Shown: positions 11,147 to 21,603, counted from the first letter of the stretch. The stretch is 64,000 bases of DNA from Candidatus Latescibacterota bacterium (GCA_965226795.1 CBDDDZ010000005.1:2304001-2368000); one strand, 5' to 3'. Translations and numbers: made by a program. Notes: generated by a model not told the origin, from the letters alone.

Positions 11147-12355
11147 TCAGGCGCGCATGCGTTCAAGGCAATCCTCATAAGCTTCAAAGCGCTCTCCTTC
11201 GCGTTCCTCGGGATCGACCTTCTTGAGGAACAACGCGCTGCCGGGCTTCTTGCCGGCGAACTCGCGGTGGCTCTTGATGTGTGTCGGGTCCTCACCGCTC
11301 CACTTGACCTCGCCATCCTGCAGATACACGAAGTTCCCTCGGTGTTCCTCTATCATCGCCTGCATGCGATCTCGATAAAAGAGACCCTGCTCGCAAGCCG
11401 TTTCCCTTACCGTGGCCATGATAGCAGGCGGATCTTCCTCTACAGAGTCGAATTCGTTCAAGGGACCCTCGACCTCACTCTTGAAGTCAATTTCGTCGAG
11501 ATTGACCGTTCCGAATCCGCTCTGCGCGGCGACGAGCAGATGGTTGCGGTCGCGACGGAACGGTGGCGTGGGCCAATCGGACGCGGGATCGTGCCCCATC
11601 AGGTGGGCGCCGACGGCATCGGTGGCGATGATCTGGTCGCCCGCGATGAGGGCGTTGCACAGGCGGCCCTCGCCGCCCCACTCACGACCCCATTGACCTG
11701 TCGTGGCGTCGACGATATTGAGACACGGGTTGGTAATGCGCGCCAGATCGGGGAGCACGTAGGACAGCCGGATTGCGTGGTGGAAGTATGTGCGCACGCG
11801 TCCCTCCGGCGGAATCGTGGGTGTGAGGCCAAACAGGTTCTTTGTGCAAAGCGTGACTCCCATGAAGAGGTGGTTCTTCATCTTGGCGACAGAGACGACC
11901 TCATCTGCTTCGCTGAAGCACCGGCTGAGCGTGTAGCGCTGAAACATGCAGCCGCCACCCGGCACGTCATACTCGGCGAAGGGGGGCAGGTTTGACTCCG
12001 CGAACTCAACGTCGAATTCCTCGAGCAGCGGAAGGTAGTTGAAGTAGTCCGTCACGGCCCCGGACGCGTCTCGGCAGAATGTGTCGGCTGCGACAAGCGT
12101 CGCTGAGGTCCGCTCGCGCAGGAGCCGAAGGACGGCGCGGCAGACAGCGTCGTCGACGAGCTCTCGACGGCGGCCCTCGAAATGAATCACATTCGTATGC
12201 CCCATGTTGAACTTGAGAGCGATGCGGCCCGCCTTCCGCAGCTTCTCCCAGGAGCGCTCAAGGGGGGCGGTGGCCCGTACCAGGTTCTCGTAGACCTCCT
12301 CGTCGGAGGCCCGGTGATCGCAATGGACTGCACGAACGCTGAATTCATGGTTCAT
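11147..12355 (-). CDS. DUF362 domain protein
   Basis: LKFN, AKMKNH...VTLCTKNLFG, D.IATDAVGA; GAGGAG RBS. Confidence 0.85.
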   Translation of the reverse strand: MNHEFSVRAVHCDHRASDEEVYENLVRATAPLERSWEKLRKAGRIALKFNMGHTNVIHFEGRRRELVDDAVCRAVLRLLRERTSATLVAADTFCRDASGAVTDYFNYLPLLEEFDVEFAESNLPPFAEYDVPGGGCMFQRYTLSRCFSEADEVVSVAKMKNHLFMGVTLCTKNLFGLTPTIPPEGRVRTYFHHAIRLSYVLPDLARITNPCLNIVDATTGQWGREWGGEGRLCNALIAGDQIIATDAVGAHLMGHDPASDWPTPPFRRDRNHLLVAAQSGFGTVNLDEIDFKSEVEGPLNEFDSVEEDPPAIMATVRETACEQGLFYRDRMQAMIEEHRGNFVYLQDGEVKWSGEDPTHIKSHREFAGKKPGSALFLKKVDPEEREGERFEAYEDCLERMRA

Positions 12356-12550
12356 CTCTATGCTCTCCTCGCGTAAACGGCGGTTCTGGAGTGGACCCAT
12401 CATACGATGGGACGCCCGAGCGGGTCAACAGGCTGGGATGAAAAACGAGGCTGAATGGGAGCGTGCCTCATTTGAGGCAGAACTGGTGAACGCTCGGAAT
12501 ATGATAGCCACGTCTCCTATTCCAGCCAAGCAATAAAGTCCGCTGGAAAA

Positions 12551-12583
12551 CGGCGTTGACGAAGCGGCTTTTCGTCAACGCCG
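12551..12583. other. perfect 13-bp-arm hairpin (terminator or site remnant)
   Basis: CGGCGTTGACGAA-7nt-TTCGTCAACGCCG. Confidence 0.5.
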
Positions 12584-12800
12584 CCAAATCAGTCTTTGAT
12601 TTCGTCCCGAACACAACGGAATCCCAGATTGCCCGACCCACCTTTCAAACGCACACCCCCCCGTCGGGAGCATCTCTTATGAAACGGGCTGGAATACCAG
12701 TCGCGCCTCCCCGCGCCGACCGCGTTTCACCTCCCAGGGGGCCTACGAGATGGTGTCTGCGGTCATTGGAATAGAGTCTCCTGTCATCTCTGCACCATTG

Positions 12801-13298
12801 CTACAAGGAGCCAACCATGTCGTAAAGACCATACCCGTTTGGTGGAAACATGCCGACGTCCGGAGGGCCTTCTTCTTTCTTGCGATCTGCCGCTTGGGTT
12901 CCATTGAATGCATCGTCACCCCACGGATACAGCATGTTGACCAGCCCTCCTCGGGCTGCCTTCTCCCATTCAGCCTCTGTGGGTAGCTTTTTTCCCGCCC
13001 AATCACAATATTCAAGAACATCTGACAATGATATACTCCTTACAGGCTGCAGGGGGGCATTCAGCCAACGGTCCTGCCAGGTCTCAGGGCGATAGTCTGC
13101 TGCCTGCATGAATCTGTGATACTGCTCTACGGAAACCAGATGGGTATCGATCGTGTATGCTTCCAGATTGACTATGTGCTGGGGCTTCTCTTCAAGGAAG
13201 GCTCCGGTGTAGCCCATATCATCGTCATTTACAGCGCCCATCAAGAATTCCCCGGATGGTATCAGTACCATTTCGGGAACGTCGTTCCAGATGCACAT
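12801..13298 (-). pseudogene. formylglycine-generating-enzyme (FGE/SUMF1) domain protein, 3'-truncated
   Basis: F.MG, LPTEAEWEKAARGG, PNGYGLYDMVG then a premature stop. Confidence 0.8.
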
Positions 13299-13467
13299 GC
13301 CTGTTTCTCCCTCTTTCTACTTACATTTCTTCATCGTGTGTGCCCGGATTTTTCATTGGGTTCAAAGGTTCCACCGGGCGCCTGGATCCCTTCATTCGGA
13401 GATCCGGGCTGCGTGAAGACAAGCAGCCGGTTTCAATGAGTGATGTAGGCGTAATTACGATGACGTG

Positions 13468-14193
13468 TTAAGTGAAGTGTGTCCAGTCCAATTGTTCGAG
13501 GATTGGCTTTAGGTCAAGCAAGGATCGGATTACGATTCCCGAACTCACATCCACGTGACCGATTCGGTCGATGAGCACGGGAATCATTCTTGCCCGTTTC
13601 GCCCCTATAACGTCCCACTTTGGATTGTCACCGACGAACAGGCACTCCTCTGGTTTGCATCCGAAATGATCCAATGCGCGGCGAAACATAGGTTGGGCCG
13701 GCTTCCGCCACCCCACATCCGAACAAAAGATAGCCAACTCGCATCGCGTCAAAAGACCGTGTCGCCCCAGTTCTTCAAACCAGGGCTCGCTCGGTGCACC
13801 CCAGGGACAGTTCGATAGGATTCCTATGCGGCAACCATCCGCCAGGTGCGTATCCAGAGCCGGAAGGGTGTCTTCATAGATCTCAGCAATAGAAAAGATC
13901 GGACCGAGGAAGGCACGGCAGATAGGCAGCCACTCTTCCTCAGTGACGCAGCTTGCGACGGAAAAAATACGACCAAGCCTTTCGTGGAGTGGGCGGACGC
14001 GACTGTTCCTGGCTTCGTAGTTCTCAGCCGCGACACCACGCTCGATCTCGGAATCCGAAGGTAAGTCGTGTCCTGAGCGCTCCAGTGCCTCTTTGGCTGC
14101 CTGAATTCCTGCCCGTAGCAGTGGAGGAAACGCATCCAGGCGATAGTACCGGACAAGGGTGTCGCCAAGGTCAAACAACAGAACTGGTCTCAA
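13468..14193 (-). CDS. HAD-family hydrolase cassette
   Basis: FDLGDTL, RKP, VGDN..WD. Confidence 0.9.
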   Translation of the reverse strand: MRPVLLFDLGDTLVRYYRLDAFPPLLRAGIQAAKEALERSGHDLPSDSEIERGVAAENYEARNSRVRPLHERLGRIFSVASCVTEEEWLPICRAFLGPIFSIAEIYEDTLPALDTHLADGCRIGILSNCPWGAPSEPWFEELGRHGLLTRCELAIFCSDVGWRKPAQPMFRRALDHFGCKPEECLFVGDNPKWDVIGAKRARMIPVLIDRIGHVDVSSGIVIRSLLDLKPILEQLDWTHFT

Positions 14194-14230
14194 ACCCGAA
14201 AATCCTTCTCGCCTATTTATGCATTTCTCT

Positions 14231-14372
14231 TAACGTTTCCGCCACTTGCGAACCCACCAAAGCGTCGGGAAGGTGGGTTGCCGGCAGGCCATGGATCCCC
14301 TCCGCGAGCTCATGATAAACCCTTCGGCAGGCTCAGGACAGGCTCCGCGTCGCAGCACAAACCGCGCTGTTA
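14231..14372. repeat. att-like site with REP-like insert
   Basis: TAACGTT...GCGAACCCACC...GGTGGGTTGCC...CTGTTA. Confidence 0.85.
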
Positions 14373-14466
14373 CTCGATGTGGGATATGACTTCCGCTCAA
14401 GCATTGCCGGGGTTTCCCTTCGACGCTTCGGTTCACTCAGAAAGACACCACACGCGAGATTCAGGC

Positions 14467-15072
14467 CTACGACTTCAGTCCATTGGCATGAGAAAATGCG
14501 GCAACTTCGGCCGATGATCCAAGACGTATGAACTGTATGTGCTTCCAACGGGGCTCTGACATGCAGGTTCGCATGTTCCGACGTTTACGCCTATGCTGCG
14601 TAACAATCCACCACACGAGAGAGCCTTCCTTGTTCCAAACCTTCAGTGTGGGCCAAAACCGTTCATGGTTGGTGCCCCAAAGCAGTTCCTTTGACCGCCA
14701 GCGTCGCCACGATCGCGATAGTACGCGGCAGACGAGCCGGTACATGGGAAAATCCAGCCAAACCACCGTTTCCAATCGCGGCCAAAAAACACGTTGCGAA
14801 AAACTCATATATGAACCAGCGACAACCCATCCGTCACGATCAGTCGCCTTCACTATGAGACCCTCAAACTCCTCCGGATTTGTTTCGTTTAACCCCACCC
14901 AGCCGGGTCGCCAATTGAGTGCATCCAACTCCACAAACGGGACCTGAAGGGCAGTCGCCAACTGTTTGCCCAGAGTACTCTTTCCAGAGCAACTATTGCC
15001 AACCACATGGACCCGCCGACCAATCTGGTGCTTCGGAGGACCGAGTCTAACTCGTCGATGTCCCATTACCAT
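14467..15072 (-). CDS. adenylate-kinase-like P-loop protein (FlaR-like)
   Basis: GNSCSGKST, ELDALNWRPGW, ELLWGTNHE. Confidence 0.8.
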   Translation of the reverse strand: MVMGHRRVRLGPPKHQIGRRVHVVGNSCSGKSTLGKQLATALQVPFVELDALNWRPGWVGLNETNPEEFEGLIVKATDRDGWVVAGSYMSFSQRVFWPRLETVVWLDFPMYRLVCRVLSRSWRRWRSKELLWGTNHERFWPTLKVWNKEGSLVWWIVTQHRRKRRNMRTCMSEPRWKHIQFIRLGSSAEVAAFSHANGLKS

Positions 15073-15078
15073 GTCGCG

Positions 15079-15246
15079 TAACGTTTTGCCGGTGTTCGAA
15101 TCGGCCTTTATATGCCGCTAACGGCGGGAGAGCGCGAAGTAGCCGCGCATTACAAAAAGAGATTGGTGGTTTTCACAATTGGCCAAACCCATCAGTCGTG
15201 GCCACGTGGGGGTGTTGGGTAAGGAGAGATCGTGCACACATTGTTA
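15079..15246. repeat. irregular att-like site
   Basis: TAACGTTTTGCCGGTGTTCGAA half-site at 15079; GTTATGTG at 15243 pairs with the cassette end at 16225. Confidence 0.55.
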
Positions 15247-15329
15247 TGTGCTGCTGGCGCGCCCGCTTCACGGCGAAGCCTTTCACGGGGCTAAAATACA
15301 ATGCACGCCATCGATGTCTACCTACACCT

Positions 15330-16055
15330 CTATCGCTGGCACCACAGATAGGTCGATCCACCCCTTGTCACCTCGTACTTCCCTCTCTGGAATACATCAG
15401 TCAGAGCGGCAGTTGGATCTGAGATCGATCGCGGATTATGGCCATTGTATATCTCGGTTAGCTTCAGATCAAGCAGAGGTCTATATCGCTCTTTCATCTC
15501 GGATTCGGGAACCACACGTGGCATGTACAGCCTAATGCCATCCGCCTGCATCCAAAACTTCGGCTTGTATCCTGCGAAACCGCCTGGATCCGTCTGGCCA
15601 TAGATCGTGTCACCACTAAACAGGAGTCTCTTTCGCCCCGTGTTCCACAGAAACCACATCTCACCATCCTCATGACCTGGGGCAATGGCCACTATACCTC
15701 CAGGCAGTTCGCCCTCCGTGAATGTCCGATTCGCAGACTTCCGGGCTCGTGAAGGGCTAAGACTTGAGACAAGGACGGGGGCCTTGACCTGGTTCCCGAA
15801 CCATCTCGCATCCCGGTCATGATTCGGGCAGGTTGTCACCACAGCTACAACCTCATCAACCAATCCCCTCAGATAGTCGAGGCCTTCCGGTGGGAGCCTC
15901 ACTGGATCGATCGCTATCCCTCCCTTGTCAGTTATCAAAAAATAGGACTGACGGAGATCGTTGTTCCCTCACCAGGTAGTCCATCGGATCACGCGTGGTC
16001 GCGTTGGGGTTCCCACGGCGCATTCGATTTTGGTGCCAATCTTTATGAAGTCCAT
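15330..16055 (-). pseudogene. MBL-fold hydrolase-like protein with an in-frame stop near 15970
   Basis: IDP, NHDRD, FSGD, NGH motifs; the upstream frame is interrupted by TGA. Confidence 0.55.
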
Positions 16056-16224
16056 ATAATATCCAATGAATTTCGCCACGAACAATCCCTAAGGGGCACT
16101 TGAGCAATGGGGATCGCTGTCAAATGACGCTTGCTATAAAGGCATTCGCCTGGTCGAGGTGCTTTGTGTTTTTCGTGCACGATTTACCGGGATGGGGTGT
16201 CTGAGTTCATGCGCCAGTTGCACA

Positions 16225-16312
16225 TAACGTCTAGCAGATTGCCGAACTCGCCCAAGGCGAGTTGCCGAAGGCCAAGGCGCCATCGGCGCCGCAGCGCAAC
16301 ACCGTTCTGTTA
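16225..16312. repeat. att-like site
   Basis: TAACGTC...CCGAACTCGCC-GGCGAGTTGCCGAAGGC...CTGTTA. Confidence 0.9.
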
Positions 16313-16328
16313 CAGGACGTGTGGTCTG

Positions 16329-16772
16329 CTACTGGAGCGCGTCCATCGACTCAATCAGCAAGTCGATCTTATCGTCGTAATTGGCAACGAGCTTTGGAAG
16401 TGCTCTGACATTGGCCCAGAAAAAATCGAACGGGATTCTCACAGATCCGTCCTCCGCCAACTCTCCTTGCCTCCAGGTGTCCCTGGGTCGTCCTCCCACA
16501 GATAGGTGATAGAACCAACGGTACTGTAATTCATCCACCCCGCAATCCCTCATGTCGCGAGTGTCTTGCGCCAGAAACTTCTCGTATTTGAGTTCCGTCA
16601 AGCCCGTCTCCTCCCTTGCTTCCCGCATCACAGCATCTTCGGGACTCTCTCCCGGTTCAATCGTTCCGGCCGGAACCTGAATACCCGCTTCCGGCGACTC
16701 CGGGTGAGTAAAGAGGAGCAGACGGTTTCCGTTGGTTATATAGGCGTAAGCTCTGTGACGAATCTTCATCAT
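16329..16772 (-). CDS. NUDIX hydrolase cassette
   Basis: GTIEPGE...REAREETG Nudix box. Confidence 0.9.
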   Translation of the reverse strand: MMKIRHRAYAYITNGNRLLLFTHPESPEAGIQVPAGTIEPGESPEDAVMREAREETGLTELKYEKFLAQDTRDMRDCGVDELQYRWFYHLSVGGRPRDTWRQGELAEDGSVRIPFDFFWANVRALPKLVANYDDKIDLLIESMDALQ

Positions 16773-16813
16773 AGTGTGGGGGAATATGGAAATTCCGTGT
16801 CTCACATGTCCTC

Positions 16814-16899
16814 TAACGTCTGTCTGTCCCCGAACCGCGAAGCGGGTTGCCCGTAGGCCACGCTGCCTGAAAAGCGGCGTAGCGCAAGTGGACGTGTTA
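16814..16899. repeat. att-like site
   Basis: TAACGTC...CGAACCGCGAAGCGGGTTGC...GTGTTA. Confidence 0.9.
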
Positions 16900-16954
16900 G
16901 CAGCCGTCGTGCCCTGAAGCGTCAATAAGATCCGGAAGTTTATCACTCGATAAT

Positions 16955-17593
16955 TCACTCCAATCGAAGCGCTCTAACGAGATCGTGGAAAGAATCGTAA
17001 ACCTCACAGTCCACGCTGGCAAATCGAAACCTATCTTGGTGTCCTTGGAGAACGGCAACTGGACGGCAGCCCACGGCGCTCGCTACCTCAACATCATGGT
17101 CAGTGTCGCCTATGAAAAGTGTCACGGATGGATCAAGATCGAAGTCTGCTATCAGGTCGCGACATCTCTGCTCCTTCGACGTAGCCAATCGATCAGAAAG
17201 CCCGTACACACCCTTGAAACGTCCCTGAACTCCCAGCATATGAACCCAGGACACGAGCATCTCTTCCTCAGCAGCCGACAACACGAACTGATCAATTCCA
17301 TATTCTCCCAGGTACTCCAAAGCCTCCGTGATTCCCGGATTGAATGAACAACATCCAATACCGGACTGGTACACCTTATGAAATTCATCAGAAATGTCGC
17401 AATGTTCCTCTCTGACCAGATCGAATCCCAAATGACGATAGTAATCAGATACGGGGAACTGAAAGATCCGTCTATGTGTTGCGCTGTCTATTGTCGGGAG
17501 ACTCCTCTTGCGCAACAGTTCATTCATCGAATTTGCTGCCCATTCTAGATCATTTAAGATGGTTCCGTTGAAGTCCCAAATGACTGATTTCAT
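16955..17593 (-). CDS. HAD-family phosphatase cassette
   Basis: WDFNGT, IGDTDHD. Confidence 0.9.
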   Translation of the reverse strand: MKSVIWDFNGTILNDLEWAANSMNELLRKRSLPTIDSATHRRIFQFPVSDYYRHLGFDLVREEHCDISDEFHKVYQSGIGCCSFNPGITEALEYLGEYGIDQFVLSAAEEEMLVSWVHMLGVQGRFKGVYGLSDRLATSKEQRCRDLIADFDLDPSVTLFIGDTDHDVEVASAVGCRPVAVLQGHQDRFRFASVDCEVYDSFHDLVRALRLE

Positions 17594-17657
17594 GATTTTC
17601 TCACGAAAAACCAAGATCTGTAATGGGGCCGCAGAAACGTAGGAGCACGATGGCTGC

Positions 17658-17732
17658 TAACGTTTCAGCCGTTCCCGAACCGAGCAGCGGATGCTCGAGG
17701 GCGAGAGCCCGAGCGGGGCTACGAGCGTGTTA
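17658..17732. repeat. att-like site
   Basis: TAACGTTT...CCCGAACC...GTGTTA. Confidence 0.85.
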
Positions 17733-17761
17733 TCTGCCGTGCGCGATACAGAATCGCCCAT

Positions 17762-18454
17762 TCACGGCTTAACAAGCTCAATGACGATGAGGAATGGAAC
17801 ATTATGCCATCTACTCCGAAGATTATCGGGGGCGTCCATATTGGGAGGGAGATCCACCAATGTGCGGAGCAGCAAGCCATTTTCTCGGAAAGCGTCGATA
17901 TACTCAGTCATCGTTCTATGATAGTAATACACCTCAACGCCCGCATTGGCCATTCCCCGGTAAAGCACAGAGGTTCCAGACTCGAAGTAGCTTGAGGCTT
18001 TCTCCCGAAATACCGCGGAATATGGGTTGTTTAGCGAGAAAACCATCCGCCCACCTCGCTGCGTAACCGATGCAAGAGTTCGAATGAACCCTTTGTAATC
18101 TGGCACATCATTGAGTCCATAGTTGCTGACAGCAAAGTCGAACCGGCTCTCGAAGTCAGGTAGCGGCTGGCTAAGATCAGCTACTCGAAAATCGATCTGC
18201 CCTTCAGGGTCCTTGCCCCTACCGATTTCGACCATCGGCTCCGAAATGTCAATCGCGGTTACCTTCGCACCACGAGTATTCAAAACACGTGCCGCGAATC
18301 CCTCCCCACACCCAGCGTCAAGCACATACAACCCTTCCACCTCACCGATAAGATCGAAGATCAGCTTTGAGTCCCCTTCGAGGACGTTCTCATCTCGAGA
18401 GCCGCATAATACAGAATATTCTTGGGCAAACTGGTCGTAGGTATTGCGTTCCAT
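17762..18454 (-). CDS. class I SAM-dependent methyltransferase cassette
   Basis: VLDAGCGEG. Confidence 0.9.
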   Translation of the reverse strand: MERNTYDQFAQEYSVLCGSRDENVLEGDSKLIFDLIGEVEGLYVLDAGCGEGFAARVLNTRGAKVTAIDISEPMVEIGRGKDPEGQIDFRVADLSQPLPDFESRFDFAVSNYGLNDVPDYKGFIRTLASVTQRGGRMVFSLNNPYSAVFREKASSYFESGTSVLYRGMANAGVEVYYYHRTMTEYIDAFRENGLLLRTLVDLPPNMDAPDNLRSRWHNVPFLIVIELVKP

Positions 18455-18502
18455 TTATTGGATCTCAAGCTAACGAAGGGTATCACTTACATGCATGGCG
18501 GA

Positions 18503-18582
18503 TAACGTTTCAGTGCTCCTGAACCGGCGCAGCGGGTTGCAACGAAGGCACGTCAGCGCCGAAGCCGGACACGAACGTGTTA
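18503..18582. repeat. att-like site
   Basis: TAACGTTT...GAACC...GGTTGC...GTGTTA. Confidence 0.85.
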
Positions 18583-18646
18583 TGAGAAGTGCGTCCAAGA
18601 TTCAATTGCCCGGCTCTCGAAGTGACGGAGCGGCACGGATTGGCGA

Positions 18647-19219
18647 TCATCGCGCCCAGCATGACGACCGAGCTGCACATGCTCGAACCAACCTCCGTGC
18701 TTCTCTCGGGGAACCGAGCCTGATCACCTTTAGATGCCCTGCCTCACCGTGAACCATGTCCCAATAGTGTCGTCTAAGTTGTGGGTGCTGTCGAAACAGA
18801 AACAAGAAGATGGACCTCTTGCTAAAAAATTGCCTGTAAAATGACTCACGGTTTCCAGCCCACAGCTCTTTTCGAGTAACGGTGCGGATGACCGTTCGCC
18901 GTAGGAGCCTCAGCAGGCATACGGGGAGTGAATAGTCCAGCCACACAAGGGTGGTTGTCCGCGGAAGCTGGATCTCTCGAAATTTTCCGTAGTTCCCGTC
19001 CGACACCCAGCGGTCCGCAGCCATGGCCTTGACTATGCGGTGCTTGACAACCTCGTAATTGCCGGGCGTCCAATTCGATTCCCAACAATGCGAGTCGAGA
19101 TCGAGATATGCCGCGCCCACGTTCCGAGCGAGCGATTTTGCGAACCTGGTTTTTCCGCTACCTGCCGGACCAACAACGGCGACGCGCAAATCTTCATCTG
19201 TTAGAGCGGAATCACCCAC
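18647..19219 (-). CDS. adenylate-kinase-like P-loop protein (FlaR-like)
   Basis: GPAGSGKT, WVSDGNY, ELWAGNRE; homologous to 14467-15072. Confidence 0.8.
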   Translation of the reverse strand: MGDSALTDEDLRVAVVGPAGSGKTRFAKSLARNVGAAYLDLDSHCWESNWTPGNYEVVKHRIVKAMAADRWVSDGNYGKFREIQLPRTTTLVWLDYSLPVCLLRLLRRTVIRTVTRKELWAGNRESFYRQFFSKRSIFLFLFRQHPQLRRHYWDMVHGEAGHLKVIRLGSPREARRLVRACAARSSCWAR

Positions 19220-19243
19220 ACGCTATCTCTCAAGCATTTCTCA

Positions 19244-19367
19244 TAACGATTCGCCAGTTTGCGAACCCCCGAAGAGGGTTGCCGAAGGCGAAGGCGCCCT
19301 TCGACAAGCTCAGGATAAACCCTTCGGCAGGCTCGGCTCCGCGCCGCAGCGCAACACCGTGCCGTTA
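19244..19367. repeat. att-like site with REP-like insert
   Basis: TAACG...GCGAACCC...GGGTTGCCGAAGGC...CCTTCGACAAGCTCAGG...CCGTTA. Confidence 0.88.
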
Positions 19368-19383
19368 TAGGACGTGTGGTCTG

Positions 19384-19824
19384 CTACTGGAGCATGTCCA
19401 TCGACTCAATTAGCAAGTCGATCTTATCGTCGTAATTGGCAACCAGCTTTGGAAGTGCTCTGACATTGGCCCAGAAAAAATCGAACGGAATTCTCACGGA
19501 TCCGTCCTCCGCCAACTCTCCATGCCTCCAGGTGTCCCTGGGCCGTCCCCCCACAGATAGGTGATAGAACCAACGGTACTGTAATTCATCCTCCCCGCAA
19601 TCCCGCATGTCGCGGGTATCCTGGGCCAGAAACCGTTCACATCTGAGCTCGGCTAAACCCGTCTCCTCTTTTGCTTCCCGCATCACCGCATCCCGAGGAT
19701 TCTCTCCGGGCTCAATCGTCCCCGATGGAACTTGAATGCCGGCTTCCTGCGCGCCGGGTTGAGTAAAGAGGAGCAGGCGGCTCCCGTTCGTGATATAGGC
19801 GTAAGCTCTACGGCGGGTCTTCAT
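19384..19824 (-). CDS. NUDIX hydrolase cassette (paralog of 16329-16772)
   Basis: Nudix box; 3' half nearly identical to the first copy. Confidence 0.9.
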   Translation of the reverse strand: MKTRRRAYAYITNGSRLLLFTQPGAQEAGIQVPSGTIEPGENPRDAVMREAKEETGLAELRCERFLAQDTRDMRDCGEDELQYRWFYHLSVGGRPRDTWRHGELAEDGSVRIPFDFFWANVRALPKLVANYDDKIDLLIESMDMLQ

Positions 19825-19871
19825 TCCAATCGATCCTGTTATTGATACACACCGGTGCCATGTATCTCCGA

Positions 19872-19944
19872 TAGCATTTCCGTGCCACCAACCGCGTAGC
19901 GGTTGCACGAAGGGCGCAAGCCCGAAGCCGGAGGCGCGTTGTTA
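19872..19944. repeat. att-like site (left core TAGC)
   Basis: AACCGCGTAGCGGTTGC...GGGCGCAAGCCC...TTGTTA. Confidence 0.8.
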
Positions 19945-19959
19945 GAGGCTGTGCACGAC

Positions 19960-20538
19960 TCAGATTTCCCAGTTCGACACATATGATCGGCTCTTGAGTC
20001 GCTCCGCAAGCTCAATCAGTACAGATAACGACTTGTTTAACCTGGCTGTAGTTGCGTCGTCGAGTTCGCCTCCCGCATCCCAATTACCGTCGTGGGCATA
20101 CACATTATACGGGCTGACAATGCACTTGAAATCCAGCATAAGAGACGTTGCCAGCGACGCAAACGCCATATAGCTGTGCGGCAAGCCACCCGAATTGACA
20201 AACATCACTACCTTGTCATAGAAAGCGCCTCTGAGCGATACGCCTGGTGGCGTAGAGCCTATATATTCGACAAATTTCTTGAGCTCGGAGCAACACGCCC
20301 AGTTGTATACTGGACTTGCCAATATTACCGCATCAGATGCCGCAATAATCCTGTGGCACGATTGGTACACCTCGGATGAATAGATCTCGTCGTCGTCGAA
20401 ATTTGGCGGATCAAATTGCCGAAGATCGATGAAATCAACGGAAATGCCCTTGTCCTCCAGGGCGGTCCGACACATGGCAGCAAGCACCCTGCTGTGACTA
20501 TTGGCATTGAGACTGCTGCTGACGACTGAAATCCTCAT
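19960..20538 (-). CDS. NADPH-dependent FMN reductase cassette
   Basis: SSSL...SHS, ASPVYNW...ELK flavoprotein motifs. Confidence 0.85.
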   Translation of the reverse strand: MRISVVSSSLNANSHSRVLAAMCRTALEDKGISVDFIDLRQFDPPNFDDDEIYSSEVYQSCHRIIAASDAVILASPVYNWACCSELKKFVEYIGSTPPGVSLRGAFYDKVVMFVNSGGLPHSYMAFASLATSLMLDFKCIVSPYNVYAHDGNWDAGGELDDATTARLNKSLSVLIELAERLKSRSYVSNWEI

Positions 20539-20578
20539 CTGAAACTTTCTTCCAGATCGGCCCGCTTCGCATGGCCTC

Positions 20579-20668
20579 TAACGTTTTCCGGTTTGCGAAC
20601 CGCGAGCTTGGAGAGGGGTTGCCGCAGGCCAAGGCGCCAAAGGCGCCGCAGCGCAAACCGCGCTGTTA
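20579..20668. repeat. att-like site
   Basis: TAACGTTTTCCGGTTTGCGAAC...GCGCAAACCGCGCTGTTA. Confidence 0.92.
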
Positions 20669-20685
20669 TCCGACGTGAAAACAAC

Positions 20686-21459
20686 CTATGTGAGTATGTT
20701 TCGAAGCGCACCTAACGACGAAATAATCTGTACGCCATCCATACATGCTGTGCTGGAACCTGGCTCAGTTTCCGAATTCTCGCTGCCAAAATCCCTTGCG
20801 GCCGGCTCGGTGCCCTTGCCTTTCCTATCAATCAGAATTGGAGTCATTCCAATTGCTTTAGCCCCTACGATGTCGTCCTCAATAGAATCGCCAATGAACG
20901 CAACGTCCTCTGCTGCCATTCCAATCTTGTCCAGCGCCAGGGAGAAGATCCCTGGATCGGGTTTTTTTGTACCTACCTCTCCCGATACTACAACAGCATC
21001 GAAATACTGTCTGAGTCCCAGTTGCGCGAGTCGAGTGTGTACATGGGGTGGATGATCGAAATTCGTGATTAGGGCTATTCGATGCGAGCCCCTCAAATCA
21101 TTCAGTAGGCTTTGGGCTTGAGGATCGGGAAAGGTGTGCCGTGACCAAGAGTGTACACTGCTTTCCGAAATATCTGACATCTCTCGCGCTGTAAATTCGA
21201 CTCCAAGCTGTTCTCCCAAAGCCCCAATACGTCGCTCATACGGCGTTAGGCCTTTGGCGCCATCCATAGGTGGTTCCGGTTTGCTGAAAAATCCAGTGCA
21301 GATTGTTCGAAGGCGGCCTTTCTCGACTTTCACCCCAAATTCCTTCAGTGAATCACGGATGGAGTCAAACCACTCTTCCCAAGCCAATTTCATGTCCCCG
21401 TAAACAAGGATCGTACCATAAAGGTCAAAGAAAAGACCACTAAATCTGTGCGTTTTCAT
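20686..21459 (-). CDS. HAD-family hydrolase cassette
   Basis: FDLYGT, KKPDP, IGDSIEDD. Confidence 0.9.
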   Translation of the reverse strand: MKTHRFSGLFFDLYGTILVYGDMKLAWEEWFDSIRDSLKEFGVKVEKGRLRTICTGFFSKPEPPMDGAKGLTPYERRIGALGEQLGVEFTAREMSDISESSVHSWSRHTFPDPQAQSLLNDLRGSHRIALITNFDHPPHVHTRLAQLGLRQYFDAVVVSGEVGTKKPDPGIFSLALDKIGMAAEDVAFIGDSIEDDIVGAKAIGMTPILIDRKGKGTEPAARDFGSENSETEPGSSTACMDGVQIISSLGALRNILT

Positions 21460-21465
21460 GTTGGA

Positions 21466-21552
21466 TAACGTTCTGGCCACTTGCGAATCCGCGCAGCGGG
21501 TTGCCGAATGGCCGAGGGAGCGAACCCGACCGGAGCGAAAGTGGACCTGTTA
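21466..21552. repeat. att-like site
   Basis: TAACGTT..CCACTTGCGAA...CGAAAGTGGACCTGTTA. Confidence 0.9.
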
Positions 21553-21603
21553 TTCGGCGTGGTGCTCTACCTGAGCCGGCCTCTTGGTGGGCAGGCTTCT
21601 TCT

